Below, one piece after another: positions 1 to 12,632 of a DNA stretch of 64,000 nt. Each line of letters begins with the position of its first letter. Position 1 is the first letter of the stretch. The notes below the pieces were generated by a model. It made no database searches. It saw only the letters and a program-made list of their open reading frames with translations, and was not told the origin of the DNA. The translations under genes were made by a program, and so were the position numbers. This stretch comes from Chrysomallon squamiferum (lineage: Eukaryota; Animalia; Mollusca), in assembly GCA_012295275.1 (NCBI GenBank), contig CM022673.1, positions 992,001-1,056,000 on the forward strand, given 5' to 3'.

Positions 1-2401
1 TAGTTTGGTTAAATGACAAGAATTATAAAACCTGTATATTAAAATACTTTCAGTAACAACAACAACAACAACAACAATAATAATAATAAAATATAGCTGT
101 AGTAGTAGTAGTAGTAATAATAATAATAAATTTAAAAAATTCTTTTTTTAATTTCTAAACGTCCTTTAAACGAATAGGGCACAGTTTTTTTGTCTCGGTT
201 ATGTCCATAAATAGCACAGAATTACATAAGTGCATTTTAAAAAAGAATAATAAATAAAATATAATAAAAATTTCTGCTCAACATGAATATTTCTGAAAAT
301 TACAAAAATCCTAAAAACAGATCCAAAAAACATAAAGAAAAGTAATGGATTAGTTATTTTGGTTTGTTGTTATTTGTTGATTCGGACGAACTATTCTTGT
401 TTTTTACGTTGGGAATTCGACTATGCAAGATGGCAGATATTTTGGTTGCCACTGTCCTGGGATCCCTGGAAATGCTGGAAGTATTTGCTTCGGAAACTGG
501 AAACTTTGCGGTAACGTTAAGTGCCACTCCATCGAATTCCATTTTCAGAATGCTGTTTTCTCCAAGCAACACAGTATTTGAGCGTGGACTATTTCCTGGC
601 GTCTACGATGTACTCAAGTTTTTGTTAAATTTATAAAAGATTAATATTATTTAATTATATGAGTATGAATGTCTGCAAATGTGTATATGTCTGCGTGTTT
701 CCGAAATGTTATTTTGTATTTACTATAAATTTATTACATATTGAAATAAATGTTATTATTCTAAAGAAACTGATTATTACTGTGATAAATAATTATCCGT
801 TTTAAAAAATAATGATAATTTTAAAATATTGTTTCAGTTTATGTTTCAAATACTTTTTATTATAAATTTTTTTTTTTTTTTTTTTTACCTCAAGATGAGA
901 TAACTCGTCCAAGCTTATATTAAGATTTTTAAAAACTATTTAGAGTTACGTTTCTTATATCATTATTAATTCGGATGGTGTGGAAGACATTTCTATTTGT
1001 TGTCGTTTGAAGTATTGCCTGCGCTGTATTTATTTATATATATATATTTATTTATTTATTTATGTTATTTCTGCACACGTGAAAATTACTGAAAAATTCA
1101 CATAAAACATAAATGCCCTAGCTTAGTAAAGTAACAACTAATTAATGTTGCTGGTTTTATTATTTAATTTTAAGTTTATCTCCAGTATCAATTATTTATT
1201 TGATGATTAGTAACTCCATTACTGTAAATATTTGTTTCTGTTTTCCAGCACTGACACACAGACAGACACATATACATGCAAATGCTCAAACCCATATGCA
1301 TACGCACATACAAATTTCGATCTGTTCGATAATTTTTATTCAAAGATGGACTCCGTGATTTTATAACTATAAGATAATATGGTGATATGTATCGCGCGCA
1401 CGCACACACACACACACACACGCAAAACACAAGCACACAAAAACACAGCACATAGCCACACACATATTAACTTACACATACAAAACCTATACTATGACGA
1501 CTTCTTACTTTTTCAGGCAGTTTTGGGTTTTTTCTTAAAGCTGATGCTCTTGCGCTGGGGAGGGTTGGAGGGCTGACGGTGCAGGCACAGCTCGTTGACA
1601 AAGTACAGTCACATGATACACAGTCTCTGCCTTCATGCATTTTAACTGGACTGATCTGTGTCGAATAACAGTAATCACCAACATAAGGCTTAAATGCCTG
1701 AAGTCTCTTGTACGTATAATCAAGTCTGAAAATGTAAATTTAATTTTCCAGTTTTCATATTTACACAAAAATTAAGGACAACTCTTGAAAATCATTTTGT
1801 ATTAAGGGCCATTTTGTTACTTACTGGCATCATACCTTCTGATTTTTGCTCCTGTTATGATTAACAGCAATTTGGTGTCCTAAATTCTGTGTGCATGTGT
1901 GTGTGTGTGTGTGTGTCTCTGTGTATGTGTGTCAATATGTATATATGCATATGCTTATCTCTACATATGTATGTGTATATATGGATATATACATATACGT
2001 ACATTTCATACACAACCATGTGCATGCACCAAGTGAAAGTTTCATATGTTCAGCATGAACATAATAATCTTTATAATTCTGAAGCATACTGAAGCCTGAG
2101 CTGTTACTACATTTATTTCAAGTATAACATATCACAAGATCAGTTGTTTTTAGTGTTGAAATGTGTTGAACTTGTATCATTTCAGTCATCCATTCTCCTG
2201 GCATTTTTCATTTCTACATTTAATTAACAATGCATGCAAAAACTGAGCGGATAATAAAACCAGTTTTGGGGGTTTTTTGTTTTTGTTTTTTTATGTTAAA
2301 ATTAATTGAGTGTCAAACACAGTTTTTATTATTATAATAAATATTTTTTTGAAAGGAAATGTGTTCATGGGATATTGATTTTCCTACACCAGAAAGTAAC
2401 T

Positions 2402-2915
2402 TAGCAGCAGCACGTAACATTTTAATTAGAAAATACAAAAGCAGCAAGTAATCTTTTCAATGGACAGTCATTTAGCAGCAGTAAGCAAACCTTTCACTGA
2501 ACAGTCATTTAACAGCAGCAAGCAATCTTTTTGCCAGTCATTTTACAACAGCAAGCAATCTTTTCACTGGACAGTCATTTAACAGCAGCAAGCAGTCTTT
2601 TCACTGGACAGTCATTTAACAGCAGCAAGCAATCTTTTCACTGGACAGTCATTTAACAGCAGCAAGCAATCTTTTCACTGGACAGTCATTTAGCAGCAGA
2701 AAACAATCTTTTCAATGGATGATCATTTAGCAGCAGAAAACAATCTTTTCACTGGACAGTCATTTAGCAGCAGAAAACAATCTTTTCACTGGACAATCAT
2801 TTAGCAGCAGAAAACAATCTTTTCAATGGATGATCATTTAGGAGCAGCAGATTTCATTTTAATGGTACAATCACTTAGCAGCAGCAAGCAACCTTTTAAT
2901 TCGACAACCACTTAA
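2402..2915. repeat. 37-bp minisatellite, about 13 copies, degenerate at the edges
   Basis: Unit close to AACAGCAGCAAGCAATCTTTTCACTGGACAGTCATTT repeated head to tail with no spacers; later copies carry a TAGCAGCAGAAAACAATC variant. Confidence 0.95.
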
Positions 2916-3204
2916 CAATATTTCATATTTACCGCTGTCACTGATACTTTGTATGTGCAGATAGAGCTGGAACAGGGAAAAGCCAGTGGACACAGCAATA
3001 GAAGGAGTAATCTTGTGACCTATTTTTATCTTGTGCTATGATGTCCTTCATTTCACTGAATAAATGCAGTGTAAGAATGAAATATAGAACACAGTGCCGG
3101 ATAATAAAATGTAGTAAAAGGAACGTAATCTAGAAACTGTTACATGAACAACAGATGTGACATGGCCCACTTAGGAGTAAGACTGCTACTCATCAAACTG
3201 AATG

Positions 3205-3247
<43 letters not shown>

Positions 3248-3503
3248 TATGACTTATTATGACTTAGTATCATTTTTTATTATAGTTTTTGTTGTTAATC
3301 ACTCATTTATATTTGTTTTTCTTTCATTTTATAAACTAATAAGTGCTGTGTTGTATTTATGACTGTCATAGGAAACGTGTTTATAGAAGTAAACATCAAT
3401 AAGAATTATGAAATCTTAACATTCCAACAATTCAATTTGTAATACATCACTTGATTAAAAAATTATGTAAATAAAAAAAAATATATTAACAACAGCAAAG
3501 AAG

Positions 3504-3506
<3 letters not shown>

Positions 3507-3551
<45 letters not shown>
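3507..3551. repeat. (AAT)n microsatellite
   Basis: Direct reading; similar tracts at 3205-3246, 46843-46884 and 62003-62040. Confidence 0.95.
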
Positions 3552-3553
<2 letters not shown>

Positions 3554-5050
3554 AATAATTTTATTGTTTTTTACTTGTTTTAAATATATAAATTTATACT
3601 TATATTAATAGTAATAAATTTTAACAACCTTTTGAATTAATATAGGATAAAAATATTTGTTTCACCTGTACTGGATGATGTAATCATGTACATCTTCATA
3701 ATGTCGAAATTCATATGGGATTTTGTTAACATTCTGAGAGTAAGAACTAGACATACTGGAAAATGTATTCATTTTGTCAAAAGACCTGAAACAAAACACA
3801 AAAGGTTTCTATAATTTTAATAATTAATCAGATTTGGTGACAGATCAGTTATGAATAGCTTTCCTCTACCATACAATTCAGACATTTGGCATAACTAGAT
3901 ACATTTAAGATGTAATATTCTTTTCTATATTTCATGAATATTAATCACTCTGGATGAAAAATTGTTCATAGCTTACCCCATTACTGCAATAAGAATATTT
4001 TATATTTGTCAATGTACTGAATCTTGGATACATACTTTGCTACATTTATGTTTCTTTATGTTCATCTTCTGATCATGATGGATTAATCATTATGTTGTTG
4101 CCTACAAACTAGATACTTGAGATTTCTGAACTACTATTTTTTAGCTATGATTATGTAATATACTTGACACAGAAGGCTTTGGCATTCCTGTTGATGTCTT
4201 CCTTAAAAGGAGGAAAGCTGGTTCTTGATAACAGTGACTGACTTCTTCCAACTCTTTTGATATTCCAGCAACTTCTGCTTGTATCGAAAATAAATGTAGA
4301 ATGACAAGATGAACATGAGTCCCATCCATCTAGCCACTGTGCAGAAAACACAAAAAATGTTTAATTGTAACAGAAAAGAATGTTGGTATAAAAACAAACT
4401 AGTATTCATTAATAGACAAAAAAACTAAATTGTAGTTGCCATTAAGCTGATATTCATTAATTTCTTTATATAATTAAAATTTTGGTATTTGAGAAAATAA
4501 CGATATTAAGACAATACTGTTTTATCTTTTTTCAATCCCAATAACCACACTAAGAATATATATAATTTGTAATGTACATGAACACTATAAATACACAACA
4601 CAGCAAAGATTCACACACACGCACACACACATATATATAACACAAAATGCACACTCACACCCACAGATAAATATATATATATGACACAACACACACACAC
4701 ATTCCTGCCCAAACTGATGTAAGTACACACATATCTGCACAATGCTTTACCGAATCAGATTTGCTGCACTCTGGAAGTGACAGCAATAACTGTCTTTGAG
4801 GATCTGATATGTCAGATGATGACTTCAAACTGTCATTTTTTGAAACTTCCAACAGCATATTTGTTGCACATTTCTCAAACATGATCTTGTACATGCATGA
4901 TAGATCGTATGGATTAATCTGATAAATCCGACATCGAAACTCTGGAGAATAGTTACAAGTCATGTATTTTGAACCATGCATTTGTGTAGGTTTTGGTTTT
5001 TGGCTCCCTGGAAAACAGTTTAAAATTGAAATCCTCTCTTTCTCTTTTTG

Positions 5051-5051
<1 letters not shown>

Positions 5052-5105
<54 letters not shown>
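5052..5105. repeat. (CT)n microsatellite
   Basis: Direct reading. Confidence 0.97.
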
Positions 5106-5107
<2 letters not shown>

Positions 5108-5439
5108 TTTTTGAGTCTCTCCATCCCTCTTTAAAACTTTTTTTATTTTTTTTTTCCAATTGTTATTGACTTAAGTTATTTAAAAAAAAAATTATTATTA
5201 TTATTATTCTTGTAAATCAACTTTGCCAACAGGAAGATAAAACTGGTTCATTTGTAAATGTTTGTAAGAATACGTTTTAAAAAAAGAAGTTCCAACAAAT
5301 TACTTAAGTCACCTGTATTCTTCTTTGTTATTGGTGCAAGACCTTTTCGTGTTCTGGATTTTATCATAAGTACTTAATGTGTTTAATAATCATATTTTAA
5401 CAGTCATTAATAAATATTGTTTTTGAATATTGATCAATA

Positions 5440-5900
5440 TTATGTAAAATACCGTCACGTTGAATGTAATCTCGATAAGGGTTCTCCTAAAATTTGCAGA
5501 GTGAGTTCCCTTGTTCGATTACGTCAAAACATTAGATTAGACTTGGAGGCAGACGTCGGTGACGTACTAATATGACGAGGTAAGTTCTCTGGTCTCAGAA
5601 AGGTGGTAGACGTTTTCACAATTTTATTTAATATTTTAGTTAATGGCAGATTAACCCCAAATATTTATATTAAATTTTAGAAATGCAGTTTGAAATATAA
5701 CGCATAAGTGTAATTAATCTGTATATGTACTTTAGGTATACTAGATTATTAATAGAACACTATAACTTACGTGAAATAGTAACAATGTTAGGTAAGTACG
5801 TCTCGCTTCTGGCGACTTTTCCAGACGTGAAACGTTCATGAAAATTCTTCAAATAAACAAATGCTGTTTTAACCCCGGTTTTCTCGAAGTAGCTCATTAA
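5440..5900. promoter_or_regulatory. Candidate bidirectional promoter region (CpG-enriched, CRE-like ACGT motifs)
   Basis: Local CpG excess with TACGTCA (5520), GACGTC (5552) and TGACGTA (5560). It lies just upstream of the minus-strand ATG at 5367, and plus-strand GTAAGT donors at 5580 and 5792 suggest non-coding first exons. Confidence 0.4.
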
Positions 5901-6106
5901 CTATTCGTAGTTTATTCCTAAAGAGGTTTAAAAGGGTTAAAAATTGATTTAAAATGCCAGTTTATAACGTCTGTCATAGCACCTTCACCTTTGCGCTAGA
6001 CGGACTGTCTAGCAATTGTTAACAGACAACTGTGGACAGAACACACACGCACATACAAATTAAAAAAAAATAATAGTAATAATAAATGTTAACATTATAG
6101 ACGTAC

Positions 6107-6141
<35 letters not shown>

Positions 6142-7844
6142 GGGGTAACGTACAGAGAGAGATTCAGGGGCGTTATTTTTTTTATTTTTTTTTATGCACG
6201 TTAACTTTTTATACATTTGTGATTTGTATTTCACTCCATAAAAGAGACCAATGCTCATATATGCCTCCACTTGAAAAAGTAAACGTGGCATGTGCGTCTC
6301 CTCTCTGACAACTGACAGCACAACGAGTGATTTTAACCATAAGCTGCATAAAATATACCCGAAATAATAAACCGGAGAAAGGATAAAGTTTTTAAATCTC
6401 ACAATACTTGTTTCAAGACAGGTATCCTTTCTTCTGCGTCCAATCCATTTACTGCGCCTCCTCGTGATCAGTTCTGTAGCGGCCATTATAGCAGTTAAAA
6501 TTTAATACCTAATCCTAAATTAAATACAGCAAAAACTGGCATGCTTACAAACTTTTTTTTTTTTTTTTTTTTTCTGTTTGATTTTATTTTCATATTAATT
6601 TTTTTTTTTTTTTTTTTTTTTGTTATGTTGTTGTTCTATCTTGTGATATACAATTAATTAAACTGGCTTTTAAATAAAGAGCAGCAGCATATTAGTTATA
6701 CATAATGAAGGGCAGTTCAAAAATTTCAGAAATGTGAGCGCCAACCCTTAAAAAAAACAAAATAATAATGTCGCTGATCAAATATCTCGCCTTTGTACCT
6801 AGACATTAAGCTATTGCAGTATTATTGTTGTTGTTGTTATTAATATTATTTATTTGGTGTTGTGGGTATCAAATTTAGTTATAGTACAGGTCTACACCGT
6901 TTAAACAAATACGTACCAGTAGCATTAAATAATTTTCTGTTTCGCTTCGACATAGCTTTTTTTAAAAATGCCTCTATTATTAATTAATTAACGAGTTTAA
7001 TTAATTTTTGCGAGGTCAGTTTTATTAATATATTTTTAATGATTTAGTCAAACATCATTTAATTTATTTTATTTTTTTTTTTTTTATTAAATAACTATTA
7101 TTACTACAATTTATTTGTTTATTTTAATCATTATTTATTTATTTTTTTTTTTTATTTTATTTTATTTTTTTTTTGTTTCCCCGCCCCACGAATCCTGTGC
7201 CTTCATTTACTGGTTAGAAGCACTGAATTTTTTACAAACATCATCCATTAAGCCACTGACCACTGTGAGCTTCTGGTTGGAACCAGAAAATCAATAGCTC
7301 AGCCACCAGAGTTAAGAACATTAGTCTGCCATGTATTTATTTTTTGTAAACTGTAGTTAATAAATTGTAGTAATAATAGTTATTAAAAATTGAAAAATAA
7401 CCTTTCACAATCATATTAATTTTTGCAATAGGTTTACAGGTCATATTTAGGTTTGCTTCACTATATGCACTGGCCTAACTTGCCCATTTGCACGTGAATG
7501 TTTTCAAAACAAACCGTGACCTTTCTGACGTAAGGAAAGATTAAAGAAACAGCCAATCGTATCAATTCATATCAATGACCTCGAGCTGCTTTGCCACCTG
7601 ATCGAAGGTATCTCAGCAGAGTTGTGTTTAGTTCTGGCTGTCATTGTTTGTTATTTTCTTTTTGCAACGGCTAGAGCTTTTCAGTTATTGAGCACTTCTC
7701 TTTTTCAGTGCCTATTTCGTTAAACTAAACACTACGGAACGTCAAACTGTGTGTATTGAGGAACCAGCTAAGTACGTGAGTGACCTCATGAATAATTCAT
7801 GAGCTGTTAGAAGGAGGCTTGATCTGCTCAGGAAGGGTTGCACC

Positions 7845-10800
7845 ATGTCGGATCGTGAGCTGAGTGGTGACGAGCAGCAACAGCCGCAGGGTCAAGGCGC
7901 AGGTTATTCAATACGCAATTTCTTAAATTATAACTTTTTTTCACTTTATTACTACATATCTTAGTACATGTTATATTTTGCACTGTCACGGAAGTTTAGC
8001 TGTTAACAAGTGTCCATGTTTTTCTGTCAAGTGACCGGGTCAGCGTATCTTGGAGAATTTTCATAATTTCTCGCCCAAACGTCAATATTTACATTTAATA
8101 CAATTGTTGCATTGTTATGTTAACAGTCGTAGAACGTCCTGGAAATTTTCATTACGTGAAATGTTCTAACCATCATGTATAAACACATTTTATTCCATGT
8201 GGTGGTCAGCGGAAATTCAACATGGCGAGCACGGCATCGACAAACTCCGGAAGCCTAATTATTTCTTTCTGTACATAACCTAATCTTTATTTACCATTTC
8301 TATATATTGAGTTATCCATTTTCTGCATGAATTTTTATTTTGTTACTGAATTCGGTACTGTAGTTACTGGCAAGTGTCTTTGACTTATGAAACAGGAAGT
8401 GCAAGCTGTCAAATTTTTGTAGGTCAAGTTTGTTTTGGTTTTGCAAGATGGAAATTCCTTTGGTTTTGTTGTTTTCAGAGCCTTATAAAGCGTTTTACGC
8501 AGACTTTTTTGCGTACAATTTTAGATGTACATGATAAAATGTTTCAGTATGGATAACAAAATTTAGAATAATTTAACTAAGTTTGTTAATCATCTGTCTA
8601 GGTTAATAGATATTGATTTTCCGAGTCGAAACAACATCGCAAATTGTCGTAATCAACTGAACTGCGCTTAACAAAACAAAAATTAATAGAGGTTATTTTT
8701 ATTTTATTTTTTCATTTTCTATGAATATAACTGCCAAAAAATAAGTTAAAATATAATTAAAAATATTTTATTTGATGTTTATTATATATTCAACAAGGTT
8801 TTTGTTTTAACTTCAGGATTTCCTATCGGTATTTGAATATGTTATCTGTACTTGTTAATGTTTGATAAGTGAATATAAATATTGAAATAAATAGTAAGAG
8901 GATATTAACTTACAGTGATATATTTAGAAAATTTTATTAAAATATAAATTAAATTGTATTGTTTTTGTTATTTTTAAAACAAAATTTAAAAATCAGGTGG
9001 ATATTTATTTTTATTTCATTTTTGCACAGTACCGTATGCTTGCATATTTGGGGTATTTTTAAGGAAAGACTACTGGTAATCTGAGTGAGGGGGAAAAGGA
9101 CAACACTTCAAATAAATGAAGTTTTATGAATGATTTTACTGAACTTGTATGGCCTTTAATTTTTGGTGATATCATTTGACACATTATTAGTCTAGTAAAA
9201 TATGGCACATGCACACACCATCATGTAGATAATTAAAATAGAAATTATGAAATACTTAGTTTTTGTTTTTTGTTGGAACTGTAAATTTTTTATTTCTAAA
9301 ATAAAATATATGCAACTGTACCATTATACATTTTATATATCTTAAATTCATTTTAACAGCATTTCTCAAGGAAACAAATTATATTTTTTTTTATTGGGTT
9401 TCAGTGGGATTTTTTCTCTGATAATACAACTACTTCCATGATAACATGTCAACAAATGGATATTTATGAAAATATTAATTAAAAAATAGAAATTGCACAT
9501 AGGACTTCAGGTGAACTACCTGGCTGTTTGGAATATTGGCTACATATTTTCAGTTTTACTAATAAAATATAATGCACCTTATTGTGCCCTGACATTTTAT
9601 CCATGGATTGCTTTGATTTGGTAACTTTAACATGTAAAAATTCCTTTGCATAATACAGTTTCACATTATTAAAATAAAATACATATTGAGTGAACATATT
9701 TTTTAGGAAATTACTATTAGGCTTGTTCTTGATAATTAGATCATTATTTTAAAAGAATTAATATTGTACCATATTCAGTTACCTACAGAAATAAATTTAC
9801 ACATGTATGAGTATATTTTGTATAAAGATTAAAGGCATACACATACAGTTGGTAAATATGTAAATTAATCAATGTTATATAGTTGCTGAAAGTTAAAGAT
9901 CATTTCCATGATAAAACCTCTGTTTTGTGAGGTATTTTATTTGGGTTTTTTGTTTGTTTTTGTTGTTTTTTTAAATCTAAGACAGTGAAGCTGATTGGAT
10001 TCCATATTTTGTGTTATTAATTTCTTCAAAAGTGCTTGACCACAATGATACTGATCACATATTTTTTTCATGCCATAAATACATACAAGATGTATTAATA
10101 ATTAGGACATTTACAATATAGATTATAGGCACCTGTGCTGTTGATAATATTTTATCAGCAAGGTCAAGTTTAACCCATAGATGACAATACACATACATAC
10201 ACATCCTATCTGTAATATAACTATTCAACAAATTCAGAATGTTTTGTATGCATCAAAATGGGTAGTCACTTTTTTTGTCTTTCAGATAAAGACTTTCCTT
10301 GGAATAATGTTGCATTATACCATTAGCTACTTAAAATAGTTAAACATTAAACGATAAGTTCTGTGTGTGTTGTTGTTTTATTCTACTGTAAAATGGATAT
10401 GAAGTTACCAGTATAGTGGTGTTGCTTCCTGTAAGTTCAAACATACTGAAAATGTGCTTGAAACTTTTTATCTGCATTCACTATAAAAATGGTTGCAGAA
10501 GTGCCTTGTTTGACAAGCATGTTTAGATTGGTTTGGGCACCATAAAGATTTTCTTTATTTATTATCTCCTCAAATGTAGTTCACTTTTGCTTCTTTATCC
10601 AGAATTGTAGATCATCTGTTTGTATTGTTTTCTTTTGTTTTTCATTGGTATAATATTTACATAACTTTAAAATAACAAGTTTGGAGAAAACAATATTTGT
10701 ACATTTTACATTTTACATTTTCCGTATTGGAACATTAATTTATTGCTGGTAATTTGTTTTAATTAAGTTAAGTATCTTGTACAAACTTAAATTAGTTGCT

Positions 10801-11825
10801 TTTCAAAGCCATAACCAGATTTGTAAGATGATTTTTATACCACTTAAATGCAAAATGAAATGATTGATAGGTGTTCTTGTTTTGTGGAGGTTTTTGTAAA
10901 GAGTTTACAGTTCCTTAGCAATTTTATATATCTTATGATCATAGACATAGCTTCACATAACCACATACCTGTATTTATTGTGTTCATGATAACATCCATT
11001 TGTTCCAATTCATTGCATTTGTGAACAAGTAAATACATCAGTTTAATTATGGAATAGTAATTATTGGAATTAATTTATAAACTTGCAACCACTAAAACAT
11101 TTTTTTTAAATAGCTGAATCATGAAATTTGTGTTTACATTCAGCAGTTTACTATTGGCAGCTTGCCAGATATAATTGTTGGGTTAAATATAGCATTCTTT
11201 CATTGTATTGATTTGTGTAGCAACTTGGTTGATAAGATGTACACATACATCAGTCAGTGTTTCAACAATTCCATTGAATAATGTCCAGTGATTTTGTGTC
11301 AGCCAGAATCCCAGATGATACCACCTTAAAAGATGATTGGGGAAGAACATGTTAAGACAGACTCAAATTTTACTGATAATTGGTGTTAAGATGGGAATTT
11401 CAGTGAATGTCAGAGATTTTGCCCTTGGGCTTTCGACAGCATGTGAACCAGTACTCAGATACTTGCTACATTGCAGATCAGTCACAAACATACTGGTATC
11501 TCTCTTACAAAACTGAATTAAGGCTTAAAGCTATTTAGTTGAACCTTGCCTAAATACTGTTAGAAGAATCAAAATATATATCATTGAGAGTGATCGAAAT
11601 GAGTGAAACATTTATCATGAATTTCTCCGTATGTTGTAATAAATGGGCAAGTCAGACACATATCTTACAATAACCCAACTGAATTTTATACTTTAAATAT
11701 CATACTTGACAGACCTCAGCACTTTATCAGTGGCAGATGTTTCTCTTTGATATTTAAAAGTTGTTGAATGATGTTAGGATTATAACTTTTTCATTTCCAT
11801 TAATACATTTTGAATGGTAAATGAA

Positions 11826-11856
<31 letters not shown>

Positions 11857-12589
11857 GTGGGTCTTTTTAATATTTTTTGTGGATGTTCTAGTTCAAATAG
11901 TTTGTACTTAATATTTAATAGAATTGTTTCCAAAATATATTTAATGCAGCCTAAAAATCTGATGAGATAATATAAATATCTTTTGTATTTTGGCAGAAGT
12001 TGGAAGGTATGAGATCTCGACTTGTATGATGGACAGTAGTAGAGTTCAGATTGTAGTATATAATACATATTAACATTAGATCAATTGTGTTGAATATTGT
12101 ACTAATTATTTCAGAGGACCATATTTTTAGAAATTCAGTATTTCATATAATCTTGTATGACTGAATCTGAAAGTAGATGGTTAGTATCTAATCTTCAGCA
12201 GTAATTTTACCAGTATTCCACATGCTTTCGTTCCTTCTTTTTAGCCTTATTGAACACTGCTATATTCATTTAACCAGATATTCAATCTATTCATCAACTT
12301 TTCATTGACAGTCATTTTCTTCTTTATACATAATAGTGCTAACATTCTTAAAGTAATTGAGGAAGAACTCTGCCTTGTCACACAACTTCAAACCAAAATA
12401 GCTTATTCACAGTATATTGTTTAAATTGGATGATGTGCCTTAAAATTTGTTTAAACAATATAAATATTTGGTTTAAATTGTAATTTTGTTTTTGCCTATT
12501 AAATATAGTAAATCAGTAATGAAAAAAAAAAGATTTACTTTTTTATAAAGAATTCTAGATCATAAAACTCATATAAACTTTCTGAATAA

Positions 12590-12632
<43 letters not shown>

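Larger units (their letters stand above)
889..5367 (-). pseudogene. Putative orphan multi-exon gene, partly decayed (unknown product; may be a short protein gene with spliced 3' exons, or a lncRNA)
   Basis: GT-AG bounded segments 5367-5313 (ATG, MIKSRTRKGLAPITKKNT), 5007-4751 and 4336-3977 join in phase into a 165-aa ORF ending TAA at 4153-4151. Further exon-like blocks 3785-3666, 3055-2933, 1725-1509 and 1018-889 are phase-compatible with each other but contain one TGA (2940-2938) and one apparent 1-nt frameshift. No family recognised. Confidence 0.35.

Noticed and set aside
354-636. Overlapping ORFs on both strands (72 aa and 90 aa)
   Set aside because: No recognisable domain, and I could not link either to neighbouring exons with a convincing splice site. 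It may be the decayed last exon of the minus-strand unit.
2402-2915. CRISPR-like 37-bp periodicity
   Set aside because: Units are contiguous with no unique spacers, there are no cas genes, and the context is eukaryotic.
6422-6430. U12-type donor consensus GTATCCTTT (also ATATCCTTT at 38163 and a TCCTTAAC branch-like motif at 20508)
   Set aside because: These do not pair into an intron that fits any gene model, and such short AT-rich motifs are expected by chance in 64 kb.
6019-6486. 155-aa minus-strand ORF starting in a YY1-like ATGGCCGC motif
   Set aside because: It runs into AAT/TA microsatellites and has no protein-like composition.
11290-11520. GC-richer exon-like block in Pur-alpha intron 1
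   Set aside because: It has a stop in the Pur frame, and its own ORF has no phase-compatible donor; no support as coding.
11997-12006. AG/GT-bounded 10-nt segment (also a 13-nt one near 46082-46094 in UAP1 and a 6-nt one at 14518-14523)
   Set aside because: Frame-breaking length or weak donor; indistinguishable from chance.
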